DNA of 63,748 bases, filler included, from Choristocarpus tenellus KU-1152 (GCA_964200185.2; 13 parts of 13 records of this genome joined end to end with filler, not necessarily neighbours in it), one strand, 5' to 3'. Numbered from the whole stretch's first letter, positions 39,684 to 52,638 are shown. Program-made: numbers and translations. The notes: generated by a model from the sequence alone, not told the origin.

Positions 39684-42600
39684 CTACACTTTCACCTCGA
39701 TCTCCGGTTGTCTTGCGCATCCCATCCCACAGTCGAGGTCATACTCCAGCACTCTCATTGTTTCTCCCTCTCCCCCCTTTTCCCCACCTTGACTCTGCTG
39801 TGTTGCTGCCAATTTGACCTCATGGACAAAACTTGTATCAACTGTCAATCTGCAAGTCCCACGGATAATTTCATCCCCTCCTGTCACCTTGGGACATAGA
39901 AATTTGGACAAGGAGATGTAGCCATGGCCGGCAATGATCCTTGTTCCACCCTTCTCTTTCCCCTTGCTTCCAATAGACCCTGCTTGAGAGGATGCCTCTA
40001 TTGTAACCTCTTGGTGGTTTAATATCTCCGAAAGGGTATGAGGAGTGTTCTGGGAAGGGGAGAGAGTTGTGTCCGGGGAGGTGGGGGGGGAGCATGGTGG
40101 AGGTGAAAGGAGTGCTGTTGATGTCATTGTTGCATTCTTGCTTCTTTGTCCCGCATCTCTTTTTTTTTCATGTTGTTCGAAGGTTGCCTATGAGGCAGCA
40201 GAGAGGCATGAGAGCGGTCAGGAGCACTGAAAAACTCCATGACTTCGGCCTCTCATATATGTGCCGTTTAGCACTCTTTTGAAATCAGAGTATCTAATTT
40301 ATTGTCGTCAAAATGAGTACCTTGGACATTTGTGTGATAATGAGGGAGGTATCAATGAATGTGGAGGTGCAGGGAGATGAGGGAGGTGAATAACAAGATC
40401 TGGGTAATGGAATGAGGTGTGTATCACATGTGGCTGCCAATGTGAATTGCAGTTTTGGTCTGGAGAAAGGGAAGAGGAGAATTGTGAATATATCATTCAC
40501 TAAAGGTTTTGAGGGGTGGGAGAGTGGAAAGTTGTATTGGTGCATATGTTTGTAATAGCTTCTTGACGCAGGTGATGGTGGCAAAGGCCATACAAGATAG
40601 ATGAACTCTCTTTTAGTGAGCTAGCTCTCCAGAGTGGACTGCGTCATTGCAAGAGCCAAGCAATGCAAAGAGATCGTGCCTTGAGATGATGTGGCTAATT
40701 CATACCCCCATTCTGTCTAGAAACTCTTGTGGAAAATGAGAGGAAGGGAATCATGATTAAGTAGGGAGGAATATAAGTATATATTTGTGTGCAACGTTGG
40801 TCCAGAGCATTTCAGAGGTTAGGATTTTACCCCTGTTTGTCCGTTTGGGGCTTGACTTCCCATGTGTTTTATGCCCCTTTTTCGGTTTTCTGTGAACATA
40901 GATACCTAATCCAAAACATTTCAGAGTAGGTAAAATGTACACAACTATGGAAGGTGCGTGGGGAACAAAGATATTGACACTTGGTAACAAACACGATAAC
41001 CAAAATTACATCAAAATCGCAACATTGGATTTATGAACCCGAACAGAAGTGACCCTACCCTAACCCTAAGATACTTTGGATCCCTTGCATCAATGGATAA
41101 CATATCTGACCGACTAGCTCTATGGTGGTAGTTGGGGCGGGCATGGGGGAGGGTTTTGGTTAGATTTGAAATGAGGAGAATGCAGTGAGTATGGGCAAGA
41201 ACGAAAACCAAGACCAGCAATGAAGACCAAGTATATTGAGGACATTTTGTGGATGAGGGAGGCGATATGAGCAAGAGGTACAGTGACATGACAGGAGGGG
41301 AAACTGAGCTGCAGATGGGTATTAGAAGCTGAGGGTTCAGGAATGTACAAAAGGATCAATATATCAGATTGGCTACATTTCCAAACATTGGACTTGTAAG
41401 AGAAAGGAATGATGGATTGCATCCAAGCATTGTGGTGCTAACCAAGCTCTGGATACTAAAGTCAGTGAGTCAATCAGTTTCAGGGACAAGTGGGGTGGAT
41501 ACGTACAATGGACAACACATGCCTGCAAACCTTTAGTCCCCAGAGACTATGTATGAAGTAAAATATAACTACTTCGAAGTATCTATGGAGTATGTATACA
41601 CATCGGCAGTAATGCACTACTGTGCAATGTAAAATGCCTAGTGTTCTCAAGTGCTGAAATGGTTTCATTTTCTCCTGGCTCAGGAGGTCTTTACCAAACA
41701 CAGATAGTGAACTAATAGTTGCCTGGCGCAACAATCATATACATGTGAGATACTATCAGAATGCCTCAAGTCTTTAGTTGGAGGAGGGGGGAAGGTTGTA
41801 GGGTGGTGTAATGGTAACATTTCTAACCAATGACAGGCCGTAGGGTTGTTTTTTTTTCCCCTAAAAGATGGTGAATTGCCTGGGACATGGTACAACAACT
41901 TGTTCGCCAGTCTCTTCAACTTATGAGCATGCTGCAATACAGGAAAATCCATGACCTAAACCATTGGGGGGCTTCACTCCACTGAAGTAGAGACATTCTC
42001 ACTTGGTGTGCCTTGTTATTGCACTGGCAACATCAGTGTACGAGTCTCGCCACTTTGTTCTGTTCACTACGAGCGGGTGAAAGTATCTTATTAAGAGAGG
42101 GTACAAGTTTTGCCCTGTTTGTCCGTTTGGAGCTTGACTTCTCACAGGTTTTTTATTTCATTTGAACTACTCTGAAACTTTACGGAGTGGGTAAAATGCA
42201 CACAACTATGAAAGGTGCGTCCGGAGCAAGGAAATTGACACTTCCTGAAAAACATGATAGCCAAAATTACATCACAATCGCAACATTGGATTTTGGCTCC
42301 CAAACGGACACAGTTCTACCCTCTAAGGTAATTTAACCAATCAACATGCAATACACCTTAAGTCAAAGGTGAGTAACCTTTCTCAAAAAGTGAAACATCT
42401 GAGGTCTGGGGTGTACTTTGTCAATTTCTTTCCTTTCCCCATAAACTTTCATTATTGAATGTTTGAACCAACCCCACCGATCCCGTTCTTGATGAGATGC
42501 CCATTCTCCTACCACCATTGTCCCGAATTCATTCTGCACTATTCAGAGACGGTGCATCGGTCAGATGTAGTCCCGATCTGAAAATTTGATCCTGTGAAAC

Positions 42601-43200
42601 GCACCTCACGAATGTAGTACAACCGCAAACAAAGGCCCTCCCTCTGTATCCCATCTCGAAGACCTCTTGTTGGCTCAAGCGAGGTTGCTTTTACAAACGA
42701 CCTTGGGGTAGCTCCTGCCTCTCCATTACAACTTCTAACCCCCGTTCCCTCTGTTGCCTCTATGCCAGCAACCACATCACCCTTTCCTTGAGATTCCCCA
42801 GGTCCGCCACTATTAGGAGCACCCACAACTCCCATGTCAGCAGGAACATTGCCCGATGAGTCTTTGAGGAGGACCTGTGGCTCCCATGTGAATCTGCTTG
42901 ATCGCAGTACTTCATGACAGGTGCTGCCAAAACTCAACTTGGGTTCACCAATGGGGCATTGGTTTGAGGAAGCATGTTACCCAGTGAGGTGTAGGTGCAC
43001 CAAGAGGTTATGCACGAGGTTATCATTTTCTGATACGTCAAAGTATGATTTCACAAATATATATATATGTACTCTCTGACCTGTTGTAAACATTCCTGAC
43101 AAATCATTACCCTTCACGGGACCACCCTGCACCATGTGTTCGCGTGAGTGTACTGATGTGAGTGACTGTCTAGGGGGCAGACATAACTGAAACTCCACAC
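39684..43200 (-). CDS. Possible exons of an unidentified gene
   Basis: Open, coding-like segments at 43200-43083, 42873-42600, 41955-41745 and 40127-39684. No secure domain assignment. Confidence 0.3.
40799..41082. mobile_element. MITE family A, diverged copy
   Basis: Homologous to the family A consensus along its length. Confidence 0.82.
42075..42339. mobile_element. MITE family A copy
   Basis: AAAGTATCTT...GAGGGTACAAGTTTTGCCCTGTTTGTCCG...TACCCTCTAAGGTAATTT. Confidence 0.88.
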
Positions 43201-43406
43201 CTGGGTCTAGGCTAAAGCACTACTCACGACTCTCAACTACATATCAGGCGAAGTGGGATGGGCTACCTTCTGATCGTAGGATACTGCAGCTGTCTAAAAC
43301 AAGAAAAATCAGTCATGTTGGTCTCGTTGGAAAAGCTCAAGATGTTCTACCCACATTCATGCCAACCACTGTACGTTTAGAACAGACCGAGATCTGAACT
43401 GAAAAA

Positions 43407-43618
43407 GGCTGAAAGTATCTGGGGGGGAGGGGGATGGTCTACACCAGGGTGTCCATTCGGGTCTTGGCCAAGAAAAGTGCACTTACGTTATCCATCCAAT
43501 ACATGCAACCAAATCACGCAAAAAACGCGACATGGAAAAAAGGACGCCAAATGGACAGCCGCTGGGTCAAAGTATCTGGGGAGGGGGGTGCCGGCGTCCG
43601 TTTTTCACCCTTTTTTCG
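43407..43618. mobile_element. MITE family B copy interrupted by a second B-type end
   Basis: Inverted B copy from 43407. A new GGGTCAAAGTATCTGGGG starts at 43564. Confidence 0.8.
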
Positions 43619-43718
43619 NNNNNNNNNNNNNNNNNNNNNNNNNNNNNNNNNNNNNNNNNNNNTTAATTAATTAANNNNNNNNNNNNNNNNNNNNNNNNNN
43701 NNNNNNNNNNNNNNNNNN

Positions 43719-43829
43719 TTTTTGTGATTTGGTTCCATACGTTGGATGGATAATGAGAGCGCACTTTTCCTGTGTTGGTCCAAATGGACGCTTTGGTGAA
43801 GACCCCCCCCCCCCCAGATACTTTGGGTC
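43719..43829. mobile_element. MITE family B, partial copy at contig start
   Basis: CAAATGGAC...CCCCCCAGATACTTTGGGTC. Confidence 0.85.
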
Positions 43830-43886
43830 ATTCCTGCTCCTACTTCCTCTTGACTTCCACACTTGTCCCCCTCTTGTGCCTGACAG

Positions 43887-46241
43887 GGAATGGTTGACCG
43901 AATATTCAGGGAGCAGATCAAGGAGATAGAGCGGGCAGAGGACATCATGACTGCGCCTGTGCAAACCTGTAGTCCTAACAACACCATCAATGAAGTAGGG
44001 AGGTAAGTTCGGCATGTTTAGGCTTGTATTTGCTGGGAGTGATTCGCTATGTGTTTGTTGTTCTGTTGATCGTGTTAGAATTCCCCCCCCCCCCCCGAGG
44101 GTGAGGAGTATTCGATGAATTTCGTAGTTTGTTTTCCTGAGTCTCGTGTTGTAAGATGTTTTGGCAAGAGTGCCCTACCTATTGGCTTGACTGTTTGGCT
44201 TCAGCTCTGGAAGGGCAAAAAGCCAGCCCAAGTCCTTTCCTCGAGGGTGTATGGTCTAGCGTGTGTTCGAAGCTGGGATCCTGAGGAAGCACAACCATTT
44301 GAAACCACGAGGTAAGGATCCCAGACGTGGGAGAGGCAATAGGTGTCGGCATGTGACATGAAGTGCCAAGTTTCCTACCCCAGGTATAATACTGGCTCAA
44401 GCTATCCAATGTCGATAGTCACAACAGTACCCTTGCAATGTCAGGCTACATCCACCCCACCACCACATGCCTCATGGGACTGGCCTGTGCTCATTGTACA
44501 GCTTTGCTGTGACATGCCCGGCTGCACCAGGTTGGAAGTTGGCTGCTGCAGTTCCGCCATATGTGTATGTGAAGAGCCGATTTTACGCACAACTCTCATG
44601 CTGTTCCTTGAAGACCACTGATTGGTTGCAATGTTGGTGGCTGATCCACTAACCCTAACCCTAACCCTAAGTAAGGTGGTGCACTCGTCACTAGCAACCC
44701 CATCGTGTCTCCTCCCAACTCTTCGCTGCAGACGTCGAATCAATCGCTTGTAACTGTCGCCTACACAAATATGACCCCGCAGCATCATGGATAACTACGG
44801 CATACGGGGAATGCCTGTGGTAAACTCTGAGGAGCATGTCATAGGCATGATAACTGTCAAGAAGGTGGATAAGGTTCGCAAGCAAGGTCGTGGGGTTGAG
44901 ATGGTCAAGGCGTATATGGCGGTTCAAGTGAGTGGCCTCATTGTAACGTTGTAGGTCACTACTTTTGAAAATAGTCTGAACAAAAGCAACAAACCGAAAC
45001 AGTCCTATGGTGATCGCCTTTTGGTCATGCGCGGAGCTGAACCTTTTTAGGACTCTGCTCTGCTATGCCCCAGCTAAGACTCCCGCTCCTGCACCCTCTT
45101 GCACTGTGCTCTCAGTTTGATGTTGCAGATGCTAGAGACCCACTGCATGAGGTGGAAGAACTTATCGTGAAGGTGATTTGACTGTCTGTCTCAACCACGG
45201 GTTCGAATATATGTCTGCAACCTGTGTTTTTTTCCAGCTCTTTCTTGGTAAATGTATGTCACTCTAACCCCCCAGTGCGTTTTTGTTTGATCTTTGTGTG
45301 ATCTTTTGGTATCCGCTGCGGCCCCCATCCCTATCCATGTTCGGCATTAGCCCAGGCTACTTTTGAGCAATTTTTTTTTTGCCTTTCCACCTTTTGAGCA
45401 CACAGCTTGATGCGTATCGTATGCTTTCATCTCGATCAAGCTTTTGCATTGGTTGAAAGCTCTTTGCCATCCAAAACACTTCTTTATTCATTGTGTAACA
45501 TGTATTCACTGGTCAGATTTTCCTCTTACATATATATATATATATATTTGCAAAAAGTAGCACCTTTGGCCGTATCGAAGAACCAAGAGGGACTGAACTT
45601 TATGCTCCGAAAGCGTATGTTGACAAAATCTTTTCTTCTCTATCTTAACACCCTCCCCGACTAAGCTTGAGCCATAAATATGACAACAACATACTAGGCT
45701 GTGAACTGTTTCCAGGAGTGTAAGGGAACATACATAGATGAAGCAACTTGACAGCAAAGCCATATCTGGGGCACCTCTCCTTTTGTGCTGCAGTTTGTAT
45801 CCTTGATATCAAGTGTCAAATTGTCCTGTGTTGCCCACAGATTGCTCACTACTGCGTTTGTTTTTTTTAGCATTTTATAGCACTTGGGGTGACGCCCTTT
45901 GATTTGAATTGTAGCTGCACCTTACCCTTCTTTGTACATTTTAACACTTTCCCTCCATTGAAAAGAGGTATTTTCTAAATACATGATGTCTTTGTGGGCT
46001 ATGTCTGCCACTTGGTCTATTGCTGTGCACTCCTTCACTTCAGAACGACTTGGGTCAATTGCCAGTTATGTCCAAGGGTGAACTGGTTGGCCTCATAACT
46101 AGGGAAGACATGCTCCGCCAGCACAATTACTATGGTAGTCTCATCTACCACAACAAGGCCTACTCTACGCCAGTAGATTCTCCAGCAAGAAGGATGCTCG
46201 TTGCTCTCCGAAAGAAGCTTAAGAAATACGACGTGGAGTGA
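43887..46241 (+). CDS. CBS-pair protein, 3' part; exons 43887-44002, 44783-44927, 45116-45172, 46044-46241
   Basis: Spliced product RAEDIMTAPVQTCSPNNTINEVGSIMDNYGIRGMPVVNSEEHVIGMITVKKV...VKAYM...LHEVEELIVKNDLGQLPVMSKGELVGLITREDML gives two CBS domains. All introns are GT-AG and in frame. Confidence 0.88.
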
Positions 46242-48236
46242 TGTAGGAGAGAGGTAACCTGACAGGAAGTGGCCGTTGCATGTCCCAAATTTGTTTGTTG
46301 TCCACCAAATTGCTTGAGGTTCACGAGCAGGCAGGCTGGCAACTATTTGCAGATGACAAAGAGCAACCCTTGTCAAGTGTGGCAATCTGTTGAGTGGTGA
46401 GCACTTTAGCCCAAGCCCGATGGACTGTGCCATTGTACTGTCCACAGACCCTCCCAGAAAACTCTTGTCGGAGGAGATAGGGGTCTTTTGCAACTGTACG
46501 AGCCCGTTGATGAGGTGCTTCTGTCTTGGATTGTGACTTGAGAAAGGGAGGTATGCCTTTGTAGAGCAAGAAACTTAGTCCCAGTCGGTCCCAGGATGAG
46601 ATGATGCCATTTTGGTGTGATTTCTTTTGTTGTGTGAAGGGTTGAGTGTCGAAACTGCTGTGAGGAAGATTGGAGGTGGTCCTCCTTTTACACTTTTTGA
46701 CGCGCCATTTTTTATACCCTGACTTTTTGGTGGTGGTGTTAAATGAACAGGCCCTGACAGCGAGGTTAAGGAAGCAAAGTGATGTCAGAGTATGAGTGGA
46801 GATTTGGTGAAGAGTGCAATTGACGCCTTGCTCCTCCTCTTGAGACTTGAGTTATCTTGTCTTCCGTGTCGTTAGTGGAGATGTGTGTATTGAGTCATGG
46901 GCATGATATGATGTGCGAGAAACCTCGCAACAGGCATAGGTAGATTGTTGGAGATGATAAGGTATTTCTGATACGAGTGGCGTGTTGATGATAGCTTTGT
47001 TTTATGTTTCGTGTTGTAGATCCCCTGACCTCGTCATCACACTACCCAACAATGTAGAGTGATTATTTAGAGTTCAGATCTTTGTTACTTAGAGTTGACT
47101 GTTTTCTTCAACAATATGACTGTTGTGAAGAAGAAAATATATCAAGTAGTAGTATTCTATATGTGTAGTGTATTGAAAATTGGAGGTTTCTGTTGTTGTC
47201 CTTGACTTAGAGCATTGAATTGCCCTGTTTTTTCTTGCTCTAAGTCAATCGTGTTGATTTTAAATAGTACATTTTTGTTTAGTTGACTGACACGCTACGA
47301 GAACAAGGAAGCTATTATACAATAATAAGGAATCAGTAAGAGTTCTCTTGTTTTGATACTGGAAAGGTTCATTATCGGTAATAGAGAAAAAAAAAAAAGT
47401 TTTTGTACTTGTATGTCATGAGAGCAAGCAAGGGTACCTAAGCATTCATCATGCCTCTTGGAAGAAGAGGGAGTGGTAGTGTATCAACAAAACCACCAGC
47501 AGATTTCGCAGCTTGGCTCTCCGCGCATGAGTTGAGGGGATCAAATTTGGGTAGGGTTGTTTGCCAAGTCAGGGAGAGGTGTGGTATTCCGCTTTCCGAA
47601 AAGTTGGCTAACTAACAGCCGATTTCAAAAACATACCGACACTTTATCCCAGTCAATTTTGGGTCAAGCCCATCCTCAATTGCTCGTAATACTGATGACA
47701 TTTCCAGTGTTTTCTCCTTTCTTTTTTCTTCTTGTTAAGAGGTAAAAAAAATATTTGCTACATGTCTGAATTGGATGGGGTGTGCGTTGGGCGTTACCTG
47801 TTGCCATTCCATGCTTGGGGTGATGTCACAAGGTTGTGTCCATGACCCTCAACTTTTATGTGCCTCTCAAAACTGGCAATGATGTTGAGCAAGGCTTGCC
47901 ATGGAATATTTTTACGTGGAAGTATATATAATCCAATAAAAACTCGCAGGTATCATTCGTATTATTTCGGTAACCTTGGTGAATTAGTAGAGGATGTGAA
48001 AGACACCTTAAAGTCCCGCCACCCAATTAAACGTCTTCACAAGATTTTTATGTTCTGCTTCACATCCTGATAAGGAAGCAGGAGAAAAAAATGATGTTAC
48101 TTTCTGAAGTGTTCGACGTTGGAATGCTATGGATATGGAGCACGTAAAACTGTCAAACAACGGCTCTGGAACCATCCGAGCAATGTGTAACTAACACTTA
48201 CCCGGAATGTTGCCGCTCAGGTCACCATTGGCATCT

Positions 48237-48400
48237 GAGACAAAGTATCTGGGGGGGTTGGCGGCTGTCCATTCGGGGCCAAGTTTTTCATGTCGCGACT
48301 TTTGGGTTATTTGGTTGTATACGTCGGATGGATAATTTAAGCACACTTTTCCTGGTTATGATCCAAATGGACACCCTCGTGTAGACCCCCCCCCCCCACC
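48237..48400. mobile_element. MITE family B copy at contig end
   Basis: GAGACAAAGTATCTGGGGGGG...CAAATGGACACCCTCGTGTAGACCCCCC. Confidence 0.85.
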
Positions 48401-48669
48401 ACCACCCACACCACACCCACCCCTCCCCCGGAAAACATACAAAAAATACATTTACNNNNNNNNNNNNNNNNNNNNNNNNNNNNNNNNNNNNNNNNNNNNT
48501 TAATTAATTAANNNNNNNNNNNNNNNNNNNNNNNNNNNNNNNNNNNNNNNNNNNNTATCTGCCTTTCGAGGTACGAACTAGGTGTTAAACATTGCGGCTG
48601 TTGCAGGGTCAGGAGGGGGGTATACGCATATACATCCATACGTTACTTCAATCGTCACGGTCAAAATCA

Positions 48670-51031
48670 ACTTACCCATTCCCCGGGAAATGTCTTCGTC
48701 CCAACAACATACGTCAACGAGAGGGCGTTGGTAGGCAATTTTTTGCAGTCTGTTCAGAGAAGACGTGGGCAGCTACCTCGACAATGCCGCGCCAGCGATG
48801 GCCTTGGGGAGTCTCCCCTCTAAGAATGGCTAAGCCAGCTCCTGCGAGGACATCGGTGCACAATATTGCGAAATACTGCTCCTTGACCTCGTCCATGAGC
48901 TACATGTACATCTAATGTGCTATTGTCTGTGGTTAAGATACCGATAAAGAATGAGCTCTGAGGGTTCGGAGGAATTAGTGTTAGCAGTGTATCTACCAGG
49001 GAAGGAATACTAGGGGATGTGCGTAGCGCAGCAGAACCGTATGGGCTTGGGGCTCTTTGGAAACTGATGGCCTTTACCGTTCGACAGAACACATCAAATC
49101 CATCATTACTGTCAGCCCTACGTCAAGTGTGGCGACGTCAAGTGGGGACAATATAGTTTGGAATGTTTATCCCACCTTCAACCTGTAGGTGTGCGTGAAC
49201 CCCACGCTGTTCTGAAGGGATTCCATGGCGGCGTCTGGACTAGTATACCGCAGCACAGTGAACATGTGAACCGCTCTGAAGTCGAATTTGTCCTGGTCAG
49301 GTGCGCGTTGGGTGTGTGGAGGATAAGGTAATATGATCAGGACAGAAGAACGTGGGAGTGGGAGTGGGTTTGTTGGTTAATGGTGTATGTCATAAGGTTG
49401 ATAGCATTACACATGTATGAGACGTCAATTCAAGCTCAGCATTGGAGAAGGCAGGGGTTACTACGGTGTTGTTGAACCGTTGGTGATGGGGTATTGGATG
49501 TACTAATGTGGATACGGGTGCATCGCACTTACACTCGACCCGTCGCGTTTCTTGTGCTCTCTTCACACACCGAGAAGGATCTCCTCCAGTTCTTTTGTCT
49601 CTGGTGGAACATAGTGAGGGGAAGAGAGGGATGGGGTATGTTGGACCACCGACACGGAGTTAATACGGATATATGCGACGAAAGGTACGCGATGATTCAC
49701 AATCGTTTCACGAATCGTTTCCTGTGGAAGGAGCCGTGGGAATCTCACCTTCTCACGCGCATATATATAGACAAGGGTGGCGATCGCGTTGAAGAATTGG
49801 AGGTCTGGTCGGTGAGTTTATTCACACCGGCTTCCATATTTGTGTCCTCCCAAGCTTCTTTGAGGAATGCCTTTATTTTTGCAGCTACCCTCCTTTTCAC
49901 AGCCGTCTGTAATGCGGCGTTGGCACTCCGGAAGACTATGTCACCTAGACAGTACTGGTTGCACTTGGTGACCAGTGCCGCCATGCGTGCGCAACGATCG
50001 GGGTCCTCTTCCGTTTCCCGGACGTAGGTATGGGACCTGTCGCAACTGAAGTCGCGCCTATACTCCAGGATAGCGGCAACCCAACACACCATCCAATGGA
50101 ATATGTCTAGGATGTTTGGCGCGTGCGATCGGATAGCTGCAACGCTTTCTCCCGTGGCGATTGATTCAACCTTCTCCCGGCTGCAATGTGGATAAATATT
50201 CCACATGAAGCTCCTTTAGTTAGCCATCTGGAGGTTTGCTCCTACTTCCAAGGCCTATCGCGTTGTCACATGGCCAGGAGATTGATGCCACAAGGGACGT
50301 TATCCTCCTTGGTGACGCACTTGATCGCCTCAACACCATAACGCGGTGCTGTCCATTGAGACAAAAGAATAGATTGTCGTCGTCCTCTATGTTCCTATCG
50401 TCGCCATTGTGGTCCACGTCCAAGTTGTTATTGGCGATGTAATATTCAAACAGTTCCCTGTCTGGCACACTGGAGGGCACGTTTGCCCTGCGCATGTCGG
50501 CTTTGATGTCGCTTATGGTCTTCCATCTGGAGCACAGGGGAAAAGGCTGCCCACTCAGGATCCCCGCAAGCCTATCGGCGGCAACCTGTAGGTCCGGCAC
50601 CAGCTTCGAAAACATAGACTGCACTCTAGCGTTTGAGTGAAATTATGTTAGAGGGTACGAGTTTTGACCCGTTTGTCCGTTTGGGGCTTGGCTTCCTACA
50701 GGATTTTTTATGACATTTTCCTACTCCAAAATGTTTCGGAATAGGTAAAATGTGTACGTTATGAAAAGGTGTGTTCAGAACAAGGTTATTGACATTTCCT
50801 AACAAACATGATAGTCAAAATTACATCAAAATCGCAACATTGGATTGTCCCCCCCAAATGGACGCGGCCCTACCCTCTAAGATACTTCAGCTCATTGTCA
50901 AGAAGGTTGGCGTTGTATCTCTGTGTCAAGAAGGCAGACGTGGCCAGGTCCATCGTGCACGTCGCACTGTGGTTGGACGTTATCGGGTCTGTCGTCTTTT
51001 GGTGTTCAGTCCACGGGCCTCCGGTTGGCTG
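48670..51031 (-). pseudogene. Decayed intron-containing ParB/Sulfiredoxin-like gene (copy 1)
   Basis: FFCLNGQHRVMVL motif (50357-50343), followed after frameshifts by FMWNIYPHCSREKVESIATGES. Exon interrupted by a MITE. Further degraded exons with splice-like ends lie downstream. Confidence 0.55.
50635..50893. mobile_element. MITE family A copy inserted in the ParB-like exon
   Basis: Full-length 259-bp copy with coding-like sequence on both sides. Confidence 0.9.
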
Positions 51032-51416
51032 TCTGTGAAGATAGAGGGGAAAATGTTAGGATTCTTATTATCAGCAAAAAAGAACGATATTGACGTAGGG
51101 GTGGATGCAAATGGTTAGTCGAGCACATCAAGGGTGTCTTTATATAAACAGTGGTGGACTTATGTGATTACTGATGATGGGATCTGCACGGAGTGCAGGG
51201 TTCGTGTCCATGCGTGGGCTATGCAAACAAATATGAAAGGGCGTAGCGATGCCGTGGAAATGAGGACGGCGTAACGCTTTCCCCGAAGGTCGCTATTTAC
51301 TAAGAAATATGAAGCTGTTAACCCGGTCGACATGGGATGAATATGAATATGAATACGCACCAATATCGGACGCAACCTGGTAGGATTTACGTGCCGACCA
51401 AGGTAACATATAGAGG

Positions 51417-51760
51417 GGGCAATCATGCACAGGTTTGTGCTTGAAATAGGGCCGGCAATAATGAATGCATTTCATGTGTTCTGTCCAACGGTGTACACCA
51501 TCAGTATCCAAAGCGTGGCAAGACTGTTGGACGGTGTGTGTGTCGATTTTAAATAGTAACAACATGAGGAGATAAACATCACATTGAACTGAGGAAACAA
51601 TAGATGAACATGAATGGTACTTAGACGCTGGCCCGGGTTGGATGTCGGGAGGGCGATCATGCGCAGGTTTGTACTTGACACAAGGCTGATAATAACGGAT
51701 GAATTTGATTTGTTCTGTTGAACGGTAAAGGTCATCAAATTCCAAAGCACAGCAATACGG
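51417..51760. repeat. Degenerate duplication with a 234-bp offset
   Basis: GGGC.ATCATGC.CAGGTTTGT.CTTGA...GTTCTGT..AACGGT...CATCA...TCCAAAGC at 51417 and 51651. Confidence 0.75.
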
Positions 51761-51937
51761 TTTGGGCGTGTGTATGTACATTTCCGATTTGAACCTTATC
51801 GGAAATGTTCCAATGGTGTCGGAGCCCTTACACGCGCGTATCGAAGGTATTACCACGTCATCCTGGACGGACGGATGTTGTGGTGCGTGAAATTGCATCG
51901 TGGAATCTTGCTTCTATTTTGGATCAATTGTCTGATT

Positions 51938-52195
51938 AGGTCAAAGTATCTTAGAGGGTAGAGCCTCGTCCATTTGGAACCCAAAATCCAATGTTGCGAT
52001 TTTGATGTCATTTTGGCTATCGTGTTTGTTAGAAGGTGTCAATATCTTTATTCTGAACACACCTTTTCATAACGTATACATTTTACCTACTCTGAAACAT
52101 TTCGGAGTAGGAAAAATGTAATAACAAATCCGTAGAAACCAAGCCCCAAACGGACAAACAGGGAAAAACTCGTACCCTCTAAGATACTTTCACTC
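51938..52195. mobile_element. MITE family A, best-preserved copy
   Basis: Perfect 18-bp inverted repeat AAAGTATCTTAGAGGGTA/TACCCTCTAAGATACTTT, flanked by ATT/ATT. Confidence 0.93.
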
Positions 52196-52638
52196 ATTAC
52201 TCCCAACAAAAGTGACAGCAACACATGTTCCAATTTCGGACACCAGGTTCGGCCGAATTCGCTGTAGTCATTTCGTATTAGAGTCGCTGATTTTTTTCTA
52301 CGATGACATTTTTGATCCAAGGTGAAATCTGTAAATGGCGGATTTGGATTAGTGTTGAAAATGTGACTGATTTATTTTTGCCAGGGCTAGGGTTGGTATC
52401 ATGGGTGCTGGTTGAAATATGGAAGCGGTAGGGCCGTGTTCATTTTGCGACCGAATTCAAATGTCCCTTTTTTGCTGTCATTCTTGCCCTTGTGGTCGTT
52501 TGGACATGAACAATCCTTTCCATGTGTAGACATTATAAATCTCCAAACAATCTTGGAGTAAACATAAAGTCCTAGAATAACCGTGGCCAGCCAAGTCCCA
52601 AAGGACAAATAGGAAAAACTCGTGCCCTCTAACATAGA

